Positions 17,640 through 27,761 of a DNA stretch of 64,000 bases are shown piece after piece. Source of the stretch: Candidatus Melainabacteria bacterium 17Bon1m (GTDB taxonomy: Bacteria; Cyanobacteriota; Vampirovibrionia; Obscuribacterales; Obscuribacteraceae); assembly GCA_032128875.1 (NCBI GenBank), contig JAVLKG010000009.1, positions 128,001-192,000 of the forward strand, in the 5' to 3' direction. Both the position numbers and the translations under genes were made by a program. The number at the start of each line of letters is the position of its first letter. Within the stretch, counting starts at the first letter, position 1. Under the pieces are notes generated by a model that searched no databases, was not told where the DNA came from, and was given only the letters and a program-made list of their open reading frames with translations.

Positions 17640-20600
17640 ATGAACTGGAATCTCTCAACCTGGTCTATCAAAAATCCAGTACCCGTCCTGGTTCTTTTCC
17701 TTGTGCTCATGGTCATGGGCTCGCTGGCTTTTGTTGCGCTCGGCATCGACGAAAACCCAAACATCGATGTGCCTGTGGCGTCCGTCACTGTCACGCAAAT
17801 GGGCGCTGCGCCGTCTGAGTTGGAAACGCAAGTTACTAGAAAAATCGAAGACGCTGTTTCTGGGATCGGCAATGTCAAACACATCATGTCGACCGTCAAC
17901 ACGGGCGCTTCAACGACAAGCATCGAGTTTGTCCTGGGCACCAACACAGACCGTGCCGTCAACGATGTGCGCGACGCCATCGCTAAGATCAAACAGGATC
18001 TACCGGACGCAATTGACGAACCTATCATTCAGCGCGTCGACTTTGTAGGTGGTCCTTTCGTCAGTTATACGGTCGCCAGCCCAACTCTTACACCTACCGA
18101 GATTAGTTGGCTCGTCGACAATGACATAGGCAGAGCGCTGCTTTCGGTGCCTGGCGTCGGTCAGGTTCAGCGTGCCGGGGGTGTCGACCGTGAGATTAGA
18201 GTCGACCTTGATCCGACTCGATTGGAGGCTGTCGGTGTAACAGCTGACATGGTCAATGCGCAAATTCGAGCGCTCAACATCGACCTTCCCGGTGGCCGAG
18301 GAGAGATTGGCAGAGCAGAGCAATCGATAAGAACTCTCGGCAGCGCTCACACTTTGGAGCGCTTGAGCGAGACGGAAATTCTGCTTCCGCAAGGCAGGCA
18401 TGCGCGTCTCGATACTTTAGGTAAGGTTACCGACAGCGCGTCGGAAACGCGTCAAATGGCTATTATGGACGGCAAGCAGGTCGTCGTCTTTTCCATTGTT
18501 CGCAGTACAGGTAGCAATCTCGTCGATGTGGAAAAGGCTGTTGACAAGCGGATGACGGAGTTGCGGAAGTCGCTGCCTAAAGACATCCAGATCAATAAAA
18601 TTCGCACCAATGGTAAGTACGTGAAAGAAGCATATGACGCTTCTCTCGACTCACTGATAGTCGGCGCGCTTTTGGCCGTTGCCGTCATCTATATCTTTCT
18701 GAAAGACTGGCGTGCCACCTTTATTTCGGGCTTGGCAATTCCACTTTCTGTCGTTCCTACATTTGCTGTCATGCAATGGGCAGGTTTTACGTTAAACGGC
18801 ATGTCGCTGCTTGGCTTGGCGCTGGTAATCGGGATTCTTGTTGATGATGCGATCGTTGAGATTGAGAATATCGTTCGCCACTTGAAGATGGGCAAGCCGC
18901 CTTTGAAGGCGGCAATCGAAGCCGCCGAAGAAATCGGAATGGCGGTTATCGCTACTACCATGACTGTCATAGTTGTTTTCGTGCCGGTTGCATTTATGGG
19001 CGGCATTCCTGGCCAATTTTTCAAGCAGTTTGGTCTGACTGTGACTGTAGCTGTTCTATTTTCATTGCTCGTTGCCCGAATGGTGACACCGATGATGGCA
19101 GCTTACGGCATGAAGGATATGCCGGAGCACAAGGGACGCGGCAGGCTCATGCGTCTCTACGAGAAGATGCTCATTTGGGCTCTGAATCGCCGACTCATCA
19201 CCGTTATTGCTTCGATTGTTCTCTTTGTTGTGAGTATCGCGCTCTTCAAGTCGATGCCTACTTCGCTTATCAGCAACGTCGATAGAGGCGAGTGCCTCAT
19301 CAACGTAGAGTTGCCACCCGGAGCAGTGCTTTCTGATACGGAGCGCGCATGTGATCAGTTGACCAAGATTGTCTCCAAGCATAAGGAAGCTAAAGCTGTG
19401 GTTGCCTTTATCGGCACGCCGACTGCGTCTCGCCGTAGTTCTGCGGGCAATCAGGGCGAAGTAAACAAAGCCAGCATTTACATTACGATGGTGCCTAAAG
19501 ACCATCGCAAGATCTCACAGCAAGATTTCGAGGAGTTGTTGCGTAAGGAAATCAAAGTGGTGCCTGGTGTGCGCCTGACTTTCTCGCGCTCGTCTGGTAT
19601 GACTGGAAAGCCTGTCCGTATAGCTTTGACCAGTAACGACTCAGCCGAGTTGGAAAAGACCGCGGAGACTCTCATTGACGAGATGCGCCCTATCAAAGGA
19701 TTGAGCGATGTCACATCCAGTGCTTCGCTGCTCCGTCCTGAGATCCTGGTCAAACCTGATTTCGAGCGTGCCGCTCGTGTTGGTGTTTCTGTTATGTCAA
19801 TTGCAAGAACAGCGCTGATCGCAACATTGGGTGACTCTGATGCAAATCTTGCAAAATTCGATCTGAAAGACAGACAGATCAATATTCGAGTTCAGCTCGA
19901 TCCTCAGTATCGCAATGACATGGCGACCATCGGCAACCTGAAAGTTCAGGGTAATAATGGACGTCTCGTTCCTCTAAAGAGTGTGGCGGCTGTCGAGTTC
20001 GGTAGTGGACCTTCACAGATAGATAGATATGACCGTGAGCGCCAGGTCACGGTGGAAGCCAGCCTTGATTCGAAACTGACCTTGGGTGAGGCGCTCAAGA
20101 AAGTTCACCAGTTGCCTGCATTCAAAAACATGTCGAAGTCCATTCACGAGCAACCACTCGGTGACGTTGAAATTCAGCGCGATGTATTCAACGGATTTGG
20201 AACAGCTATTGGAGCCGCCGTCTTGCTCATTTACGCTGTGCTTGTGATTCTCTTCGGTGGTTTTTTGCACCCGCTCACTATCATGATGTCGCTGCCCCTC
20301 TCCTTGTGCGGCGCACTGATTGGGCTTGTGATGTTCAATCAATCCATTGGTCTTTATGCCTTAATCGGCATAACCATGCTCATGGGCTTGGTAACTAAAA
20401 ACGCTATTTTGTTGGTCGAGTACGCGATTGTCTCCATGCAGAATGGACTGCCGCGGCGTGAAGCCTTAATTACGGCGGGCGAGACGCGGATGCGACCAAT
20501 CTTCATGACTACAATCGCGATGATTGCAGGTATGCTGCCAATCGCATTCGGTATCGGAGCCGGTTCTGAAGCTCGGGCGCCAATGGCTATTTCAGTCGTT

Positions 20601-20783
20601 GGCGGTTTGATCACTTCCACCTTGCTGACACTGCTCGTAATACCTGTGGTGTTTACTTATATCGATGATTTCCAAACTTGGTTAATGCGCGTCTTGCCTC
20701 ATTCCCTGAAAGGGCCCTCGGCGCACGCGGTCGGACAAGTAACGTCCGGCAAAAAGGATGCGGAGAAGCATACAGTTGTTTGA
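17640..20783 (+). CDS. RND efflux permease (AcrB/CzcA family)
   Basis: 1047 aa; 'GILVDDAIVEIENI', 'KNAILLVE', 'RMRPIFMTT'. Confidence 0.96.
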   Translation: MNWNLSTWSIKNPVPVLVLFLVLMVMGSLAFVALGIDENPNIDVPVASVTVTQMGAAPSELETQVTRKIEDAVSGIGNVKHIMSTVNTGASTTSIEFVLGTNTDRAVNDVRDAIAKIKQDLPDAIDEPIIQRVDFVGGPFVSYTVASPTLTPTEISWLVDNDIGRALLSVPGVGQVQRAGGVDREIRVDLDPTRLEAVGVTADMVNAQIRALNIDLPGGRGEIGRAEQSIRTLGSAHTLERLSETEILLPQGRHARLDTLGKVTDSASETRQMAIMDGKQVVVFSIVRSTGSNLVDVEKAVDKRMTELRKSLPKDIQINKIRTNGKYVKEAYDASLDSLIVGALLAVAVIYIFLKDWRATFISGLAIPLSVVPTFAVMQWAGFTLNGMSLLGLALVIGILVDDAIVEIENIVRHLKMGKPPLKAAIEAAEEIGMAVIATTMTVIVVFVPVAFMGGIPGQFFKQFGLTVTVAVLFSLLVARMVTPMMAAYGMKDMPEHKGRGRLMRLYEKMLIWALNRRLITVIASIVLFVVSIALFKSMPTSLISNVDRGECLINVELPPGAVLSDTERACDQLTKIVSKHKEAKAVVAFIGTPTASRRSSAGNQGEVNKASIYITMVPKDHRKISQQDFEELLRKEIKVVPGVRLTFSRSSGMTGKPVRIALTSNDSAELEKTAETLIDEMRPIKGLSDVTSSASLLRPEILVKPDFERAARVGVSVMSIARTALIATLGDSDANLAKFDLKDRQINIRVQLDPQYRNDMATIGNLKVQGNNGRLVPLKSVAAVEFGSGPSQIDRYDRERQVTVEASLDSKLTLGEALKKVHQLPAFKNMSKSIHEQPLGDVEIQRDVFNGFGTAIGAAVLLIYAVLVILFGGFLHPLTIMMSLPLSLCGALIGLVMFNQSIGLYALIGITMLMGLVTKNAILLVEYAIVSMQNGLPRREALITAGETRMRPIFMTTIAMIAGMLPIAFGIGAGSEARAPMAISVVGGLITSTLLTLLVIPVVFTYIDDFQTWLMRVLPHSLKGPSAHAVGQVTSGKKDAEKHTVV

Positions 20784-21690
20784 GAAGTTCAAATTCGTCG
20801 TTTTACTGCAAATTCTTGTGTTTGCATTTCTAATTGCTCAGAGTGCATTTGCCTCTCGCAGCAATGACAATTCTGCTTCTCGTGCAACTGGCAATGCGGC
20901 AGCAGCCGTAAAGATCCAGCCTAAAGTGAAAGGACCGGAGCAGGTGTTTTCTGCCAAAGGCATGAAAGGCACAGAGGGTCTTGTGCTGAAGCAGGAGTAT
21001 CGATTCATCGGTAAATGTACGACATATTTTTCGCCATTGGGAATTGCTGTCGAGTCAAATAGTCTCTCTATTCTGTTCAATGCAAAAACGCAGAATCTGT
21101 GCGTTTACAGCGATGACACGAAGAAATTTTACTCTTGCGATCCGGAAACATGGAAGAAAAAGTCCAAAGTCATGTTCCAAACACCAAATTACCACCCGAA
21201 GATGACTCCCTGGAAATTCTTGAAAAATGAGAGTATCTGCGGGCTGGAATGTAAGGCGTTCAGGCGTACTTCATTCTCGACGAACTTCACCAACGAAGAC
21301 ACGATTTGGGTCACTCACGATATCAAATTGACTCCTGACGCTCGTTCGTTGCTGTATTCACTTTTGAAAGTTACCGACTCCGTACCTGATGGCGTGCCGC
21401 TCAGGCACTCACTTGCATCCAAGCACAAGCCGATAGTCGATAAGAAGGCCGACTTTCTTGGACGGCACCGTGTCCGAAAAGTAAAGGATACTGACCACGT
21501 CGATTACGAGACGTATTCTATTCAGAAGATCAAAATCCCCGTGAGCAAGTACATAATGCCTTCCGGCTACAAGAGAGCGGAAAGCGAAATGGAAGTCTTC
21601 TTCAGCACAGACGATGCCATGGGCGATCTTGATGTTCCTGATTTCAGCATGGAAAAAGGCACTAAGAATTTGCAGCAAAAGTTCAAATAG
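20758..21690 (+). CDS. Secreted protein, DUF4412-like (copy 1)
   Basis: Signal peptide; 'ESICGLECKAF..', 'TIWVT', 'GVPLR', 'KIPVSKYIMPSGYK'. Overlaps the RND stop. Confidence 0.6.
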   Translation: MRRSIQLFEKFKFVVLLQILVFAFLIAQSAFASRSNDNSASRATGNAAAAVKIQPKVKGPEQVFSAKGMKGTEGLVLKQEYRFIGKCTTYFSPLGIAVESNSLSILFNAKTQNLCVYSDDTKKFYSCDPETWKKKSKVMFQTPNYHPKMTPWKFLKNESICGLECKAFRRTSFSTNFTNEDTIWVTHDIKLTPDARSLLYSLLKVTDSVPDGVPLRHSLASKHKPIVDKKADFLGRHRVRKVKDTDHVDYETYSIQKIKIPVSKYIMPSGYKRAESEMEVFFSTDDAMGDLDVPDFSMEKGTKNLQQKFK

Positions 21691-24031
21691 ATTTTGTTGC
21701 CACCGGCGGTGGTGCATGATACAAAATCAGCCAGCAGCCGATCCGCTGTTTTATAGCGTCTAAATAGTCGCCCCGGCTCCAAAGCGCGTCCGCGTACTTC
21801 ATTATCAAATAAGTTCTTCTCGGGTTGTCTTCGCCTATTGCTGCTGCCAGCTCCGAGTTGGCATCTTTCAGGTATTGGAATGATTTTTCCTTATCTCCAG
21901 TTCCGGCAAAAATATTTGAAATTTTCAGGTCGCACAGAGCTACATTCTGCCCGTGTTCATCGAGATTTTCTCTCCACTTGGCCTTGGCCGACTTGTAGAG
22001 TTTGTAGGCGTAACCGAACGATTGCTGTGTGTTGTAGGGAACAATCAAATCTGCATAGCGTGCGGCGGTGATGGGATAGCGCGGCGAGTCATCAAATTTT
22101 CCCCACCGTTCAAAGGCGCCTTGATAGCTCTCCTCGGCGCGGTCCTTTTGTCCCATGAAGTTGTAGCAGTCGGCTAACATTGATTCTGCGTCGCCTTTCG
22201 ACTGCACGCTCACAGGCCACTCGCTGCTGTCTAACGCGCCTCTTAAAGACTTCTCGGCGTCTGCGTATTGCTTTAGTTCGTATTGAACTTTGCCCGTGTA
22301 GAAAAGCAGATTTGGATAGTTGCTGGAGTACTCGCTTATGTATTTCCTTGTGTAAACAGTTGCCTTAGACAGTCCACGGAGCGCATCTTCGAGTCGACCC
22401 GCTCTTTCAAGTGCCAGTGCCGTTTTTGTTAGAGTCGATACGAGTTTGCCTGGCGTAATGGCACCCTCTTCGACCAGCCGTGTGCCTTTGTTCATGTAAA
22501 GTTCCATCTGCGAACAGGCAAGAGCCATTCTATTTTCCGCATCGTTGACCGGTGGTTTCGGCCCTATCCAATCGAGTATTGTTGCGCTCAACCAGGGAGA
22601 ATTGGTGGTTAAATCCAGGAATGACATAGTCAACCAGGCTGCCGTTATCACCATCAGCGATACTACAATTCCGGTGACACCTAATACCTTTTCTCTGGTA
22701 GTCAGCTTAAGTCTCTTTGACCAGAGAAGCGAAAACTTCGCTTGTGCCTGATTGAGCGCGCTCTTATCGCGGGACATATAAAGCTGTGTAAGACCGTTCC
22801 TTAGCAGCCTCATTGATTGAATACGTTCGTCGCGTTTTGGCTCGAGGCATTTGAATACGATTGCTTCAAGCTCTGCTGGAATATTGGAATTCGGCACGAC
22901 AGACTTGAAATGTGCTGGTGTCTCCGAAATGTGCTTATGCAAAATTTGCAGGGTTGACTCGCCAGTGTGCGGTGGATTGCCCGTAAGCGCCTCATACATC
23001 AAGCAACCCATTGAGTAAACATCAGACCGCTCGTCAAGCTCTCCACCCAAGCATTGCTCAGGGCTCATGTAGTGCGGAGAGCCAAAAACGTCACCTGTCT
23101 GAGTCAATTTTGCTTGCGTATGCCCATCTTGCGTTAGCACCTTGGCGATGCCGAAGTCCACGAGCTTTGCGATTTCTGCCTCATCTCCGTCGTGCGAAAG
23201 TATGACGTTGCTTGGTTTCAAATCGCGGTGAATGACGCCCTTTTCGTGCGCGTGCGTCAGCGCTGCCGTCAATTGAACGAAAATATTCAGAGCTTCCGTG
23301 TATTCGAGCCTGCCTTTCTCTTTGATGAAGGCGGAAAGCGAGCGACCTTCAAGGAGGTCCATTGCCATAAAAGGCAGCCCACTCTCAGTGGCACCGACGT
23401 TGTACACCTTAACTATGTTGGGGTGGTCGAGGTGGCTGGCGGCAGTTGCTTCTTGTTGAAACCTTTGCACGCTGAGCGGATCAGCAGAGAGGTGTGGCAT
23501 CAACACCTTAAGTGCGACAAACTTTTTGAGCCGTCGATCGCGAGCCTTGAAGACAACGCTCATGCCACCCTTGCCGATGTTTTCCGTTACCTCATAGCGC
23601 TCTTCAACAACCTGACCAAGTAGCTCTAGGCGGGGATCTACAAGCGATGCAGGCGTTCTGAGAGCAGCTGGATTTCCTGACAGCTCGATTGTTCTGGTTG
23701 AATCATTTGGCGCGTAAGAGTTAAGCGGCAGCTCTTCTTCGTCGAGTTTTAGGTCGTTGTCCTCGAGTTTTAAGCTTGACGTATCTTCCTCGGACGCAGA
23801 CGCAGAGTTTCCGTTAACCGACTTGCCATTTATCGACTTGCCATTTATCGACTTGCCATTGGTAGCATCTTTGCCAGTGAGTTCTTTATTTGAATTCGGA
23901 GCGTCAGAGAGGGGCGTGCCATCCTGCGGGCAAAAACGCATGTCTGCAGGATACCCAGCTTCGCAGGTTGGGCACTGCTTTGCGAGTACGTTTTTGCCTT
24001 CCGCTCCTAGCGCTGTTGGCTCGTCCGACAG
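21683..24031 (-). CDS. Ser/Thr protein kinase: zinc ribbon, Hanks kinase, TM, extracytoplasmic TPR
   Basis: 'IGKGGMSVV', 'ALKVL', 'HRDLKPSN', 'DFGIAK', 'GSPHYMSPEQ'. The frame stays open upstream of Met 23941 and adds 'CPTC' to complete the zinc ribbon. Likely start is CTG 24031. Confidence 0.92.
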   Translation of the reverse strand: MSDEPTALGAEGKNVLAKQCPTCEAGYPADMRFCPQDGTPLSDAPNSNKELTGKDATNGKSINGKSINGKSVNGNSASASEEDTSSLKLEDNDLKLDEEELPLNSYAPNDSTRTIELSGNPAALRTPASLVDPRLELLGQVVEERYEVTENIGKGGMSVVFKARDRRLKKFVALKVLMPHLSADPLSVQRFQQEATAASHLDHPNIVKVYNVGATESGLPFMAMDLLEGRSLSAFIKEKGRLEYTEALNIFVQLTAALTHAHEKGVIHRDLKPSNVILSHDGDEAEIAKLVDFGIAKVLTQDGHTQAKLTQTGDVFGSPHYMSPEQCLGGELDERSDVYSMGCLMYEALTGNPPHTGESTLQILHKHISETPAHFKSVVPNSNIPAELEAIVFKCLEPKRDERIQSMRLLRNGLTQLYMSRDKSALNQAQAKFSLLWSKRLKLTTREKVLGVTGIVVSLMVITAAWLTMSFLDLTTNSPWLSATILDWIGPKPPVNDAENRMALACSQMELYMNKGTRLVEEGAITPGKLVSTLTKTALALERAGRLEDALRGLSKATVYTRKYISEYSSNYPNLLFYTGKVQYELKQYADAEKSLRGALDSSEWPVSVQSKGDAESMLADCYNFMGQKDRAEESYQGAFERWGKFDDSPRYPITAARYADLIVPYNTQQSFGYAYKLYKSAKAKWRENLDEHGQNVALCDLKISNIFAGTGDKEKSFQYLKDANSELAAAIGEDNPRRTYLIMKYADALWSRGDYLDAIKQRIGCWLILYHAPPPVATKSI

Positions 24032-24145
24032 ATTTTGGTTCCCCTGAAGATCTCAGTTTCTACATTCCCCCTTTACGATCTTCTATCTCTCAGAACGTAG
24101 TATGATGCCAGGCGGGCTAGTTTTTAGGAGCTTTTTTTCGAGACA

Positions 24146-25123
24146 ATGCGCCGCCAGTTTTTCACATTTATCAGTTTTTCTCTGCTGGTATTGCCTTTCT
24201 TGGCGACCAGCCAGGCGCAAGCTGCCGCACCGGAGAAAAACGCTGTCGCGGCGAAGACAACCGTACCGGCAAAAGTATCAGGTTCTACCGGCACGACCGC
24301 CGCTAAAACTACCTCTACAACCCCTGGTAAAACCCCCGCTAACACATCCGCACCCGCAGGCAAGAAAGAGACCGAAAAGCAAGCTGCTGCGGGTGGACCG
24401 CCCGCGCCCGGTTGGGAGCTGCAACAGTGGCATCGGATGGCGGGTCGCATCAGGTTGGTTTCAACCAAGTATGGTGGGAAGTTCGAAACCACTCACTACA
24501 CTCTTCTGAAGCCTCTGCCCGGCGACAAAATGTATTTCTTAAATCAGCAAACCAAGCGCTATGTTAACTACACAGCCGAGACCTGGCGCAAGAAATTCAA
24601 CTTCTATCACAAGGATCCGGGACGCTCAAAAGACTCAGGATTCACAGAATTTTCTCCTTGGAAACGGTTGGGTGATGAAAAGATTGCTGGCTTAAAGTGC
24701 GGGCGTTTTTCTCGCATGCGCACTAACAACCTGCCGGCGCCCAATGACAAGACTTACACTGAAGAATGGTCTTTCTGCAAAGAGCTGACTGTTCCGCCTG
24801 CACTGATTGAGCTCTACAAAAAGACGCTCTATTTGCAATATGACGCCAAGCTTGGATTTCCAATGCGCGTTCGAGAAATTCGCGAATGGAATGGCAAACA
24901 TGCCAAGAAAGTGGAACTCAGTTACGACACTCTCAAATACAACAAAGGCAGCTTCCCTCAGTCATTCTTCGAGATGGGCAAAGACTATAAGCAAGTCAAG
25001 GACGAGATGTCTGTGCTCATGGATGAGGGTGGGGACATGCTGGGCGGCGATGCAATGGGTGCAGACGGCTCGATGGGCGGTCTAGAAATGAACGAAGAGT
25101 TGAAGCGCAGACTGGGCAAGTAA
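24146..25123 (+). CDS. Secreted protein, DUF4412-like (copy 2)
   Basis: Signal peptide, Thr/Ala/Pro linker, 'EKIAGLKCGRF', 'GFPMR', 'FPQSFFEMGKDYKQV..EMSV'. Paralogous to 20758..21690. Confidence 0.65.
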   Translation: MRRQFFTFISFSLLVLPFLATSQAQAAAPEKNAVAAKTTVPAKVSGSTGTTAAKTTSTTPGKTPANTSAPAGKKETEKQAAAGGPPAPGWELQQWHRMAGRIRLVSTKYGGKFETTHYTLLKPLPGDKMYFLNQQTKRYVNYTAETWRKKFNFYHKDPGRSKDSGFTEFSPWKRLGDEKIAGLKCGRFSRMRTNNLPAPNDKTYTEEWSFCKELTVPPALIELYKKTLYLQYDAKLGFPMRVREIREWNGKHAKKVELSYDTLKYNKGSFPQSFFEMGKDYKQVKDEMSVLMDEGGDMLGGDAMGADGSMGGLEMNEELKRRLGK

Positions 25124-25125
25124 CA

Positions 25126-27543
25126 CTATCTTTCGACTTTCGGAACTTGCCTTGAATAGTCCATCTTGAGCAAAATTGCGTGAAGCGGATCGCCTTGCTT
25201 CCACATGTAATCTGCGTATTTCTTTTCGGTGATGCAGGTAATCAGCAGAGAGCCGTTAGACTTCAGCGCCTTCAGCGCCGCTTCGTAACTGGCTTTTGGA
25301 TCTTCCTTGAGAGTTTCTTGAATCTGGGCCACTTTTAAGTATGCAAGAGCCTCATTATCAGCCGATTTGAGAGCACCCCATCGGGCAGCAGCATCGGTGT
25401 AGTAGTCCTTGGCTTTGGGCAAAACTTCGCCTTTTACCAGGCAGTCGCCAGCATGACTCATCAAAAGAGCATAGCCTTCCGTACCCTGAAACTGCCGTGC
25501 TTCCTCAACGTATTGCCCAACTGTGAGCGGAGTCATGTTTGCCCACTCGAGCGCTTCTCCATGAGTCGAGGCCAAAAAGTGCCTGTAAGCGCTAATCGCA
25601 TCGGAAAATTGTCCGATGTAATAATAGGATTCTCCGGTTTGAACGATGCAGTTCATGATGTTTGATGCCTTTTCGCCGTATACAAAACTGCCGGCGCGTT
25701 GCATGTATATGGTGTATTCTCGCGCGGCAAATGCGTAATCTCTGGCGTTGAAGCACGCCTCTGCGTACTGCCGACGCAGAGCCATTGAAGGCAAGCACAC
25801 TTCGCCGTTGATCAGTTTGCTGCATTCGAGCGCTAACGAAAACGCCTTTTCGGCTTCTTCCCAGCGATTGCACTTTGCCATATCATTGCCCCAACTGACC
25901 ATTCGCTCCAGGGTGTCAGCGTCGATTGATTGCGGAGAATTTCTCAAAACTCCTTCGCAATGAGCAACGTCATTTTGATAAATGGAAAGCGCCCACTGAC
26001 CGACCTTGCCCGGTCTGGGTGGTGGTGGCGTTTTCCATGTCACAGTTTGCTTGAAGACTTCGGATTCATCGGCGAAAGCGTATTGCGAAACCAGATATGC
26101 ACAAGCCGCGAAAAGTGCTACCAGCGAGACAGCCAGAGCACCGAACATAATGAATTCGCTCTTCTTGCGCGGTCTTCTCTTTAGTACGAATAATTCCCAG
26201 CTCGTAACTATACGTCCGAGGAATGAGCTTTTGCGATAGAAAAATATCTTCTTAAGCTCTTCATGTACGGCTTGCATGCTCGCTGGCCGCGCAGCCGGTT
26301 CTTTCGCCAAGGATTTGAATATGAGGGCTTCCAAGCGCTGCGGAACGCTGATGCCGAGCTTCAGACTTTTGAAGTCTTTGGGAACTTCATTCATGTGGCG
26401 GTATAGAACTTCCAGCATATTATTGCCGGTGTGAGGCGGCGTGCCGCAAAGCGTCTCGTACATGAGGCAGCCCATCGAATAGATGTCTGCCTTGGCATCG
26501 AGCTTTTCGCCTTTGCACTGCTCTGGACTCATGTAGAGTGGGCTGCCAAAAACATCTCCAGTCTGAGTGAGACTGACGGCATCGCGGCCTTCGTGCGGAA
26601 GTAATTTCGCGATCCCGAAGTCGACGATTTTGCAAACGTCTGACTCGCCGTTTTGCTCACACAAAAGGACGTTGCTTGGCTTCAAGTCTCTATGGACAAT
26701 GCCTTTCTGGTGAGCGTGGCTAAGAGCTGATGCCAATTGAATGAAAATGTTCAACGCTCGATCCACTGGCAGATGTTTCTCTTTTTTGATTAGAGATGCC
26801 AGAGAGCTGCCCTCAATCAAATCCATTACCAGAAATGGTTGACCGCTTTCTGTTTCACCGTAGTTGTGAATGCTAACAACATTAGGGTGGTTCAAAGAGC
26901 TGGCGGAATGCGCTTCTTGCTGAAATCGAGCCATGCTATGCGACTGAAGCATAAGGTGCGGAAGTAGCATTTTCAGTGCGATGAATTTATCAAGCTTCAG
27001 ATCCTTCGCTTTCAACACGACACTCATGCCACCATATCCGATGGCGCTAACAATCTTGTATTGGTTGTTTACTACTGTCCCAATCAGCTTGTTAGCGGCT
27101 TCTCGCGCAAAGGTTGCCGGAGCGCTGCCGTCTGATGATTCCAGGTCCCCTTCTTGGGTTTGCCAATCTTCTGTTCCGAAAGCATCTTCGAGAACTTTTG
27201 TTTTTGTTTCCTCCTGCGTGTCTAATGCTTTCTGCTGAGCGAATGCTTTGCCGGAGTTGCCATTCTTTCCCTTCTCACCATTTTTGTCAGTGTCAGACTT
27301 GCGGGTAAGTGGTTCTTCGTGCAGAATCTGCGCCATTAGAGAACCGGCTGACAGCGCCAGCGGCGACTCATCAGCGGGTTTCATTGCCGCTATTTCTTTT
27401 GGGAGCGCTTTGGTGTTTGCCGCATTGAACTTCTTTTTCTTTACCTTCTCTGGTGGCGGAGCTACCAGGCGTGTTCCGTCATTTGGACAAATTTTGGTCG
27501 CAGACGAAAAGCTCTGCCCACATTCGCTGCAGGTGTTTTCCAC
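25126..27543 (-). CDS. Ser/Thr protein kinase: zinc ribbon, Hanks kinase, TM, TPR-like
   Basis: 'CSEC..KICPNDG', 'IGYGGMSVV', 'HRDLKPSN', 'DFGIAK', 'GSPLYMSPEQ', TM 'FIMFGALAVSLVALF'. Start uncertain (GTG 27543 chosen). Confidence 0.92.
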   Translation of the reverse strand: MENTCSECGQSFSSATKICPNDGTRLVAPPPEKVKKKKFNAANTKALPKEIAAMKPADESPLALSAGSLMAQILHEEPLTRKSDTDKNGEKGKNGNSGKAFAQQKALDTQEETKTKVLEDAFGTEDWQTQEGDLESSDGSAPATFAREAANKLIGTVVNNQYKIVSAIGYGGMSVVLKAKDLKLDKFIALKMLLPHLMLQSHSMARFQQEAHSASSLNHPNVVSIHNYGETESGQPFLVMDLIEGSSLASLIKKEKHLPVDRALNIFIQLASALSHAHQKGIVHRDLKPSNVLLCEQNGESDVCKIVDFGIAKLLPHEGRDAVSLTQTGDVFGSPLYMSPEQCKGEKLDAKADIYSMGCLMYETLCGTPPHTGNNMLEVLYRHMNEVPKDFKSLKLGISVPQRLEALIFKSLAKEPAARPASMQAVHEELKKIFFYRKSSFLGRIVTSWELFVLKRRPRKKSEFIMFGALAVSLVALFAACAYLVSQYAFADESEVFKQTVTWKTPPPPRPGKVGQWALSIYQNDVAHCEGVLRNSPQSIDADTLERMVSWGNDMAKCNRWEEAEKAFSLALECSKLINGEVCLPSMALRRQYAEACFNARDYAFAAREYTIYMQRAGSFVYGEKASNIMNCIVQTGESYYYIGQFSDAISAYRHFLASTHGEALEWANMTPLTVGQYVEEARQFQGTEGYALLMSHAGDCLVKGEVLPKAKDYYTDAAARWGALKSADNEALAYLKVAQIQETLKEDPKASYEAALKALKSNGSLLITCITEKKYADYMWKQGDPLHAILLKMDYSRQVPKVER

Positions 27544-27761
27544 AGTAATACTGCCGGGGTCTTCTACCAAAGTTTCAAACCAAATTTCGGACCAAAATAA
27601 AGTGGCGGAATGTAGTTTATCGGCCGCAAAGGAGCGGACGCTATCACTTGGATATCTTGCCCGCAATCCCAGGCTAATTAATCATCAGCTCTGATTTCAT
27701 ATAAGCCATGCGATTATTGTTTAGAGTAATTCTTGAATAGAGCCAGATTGAACTCTCGGAC

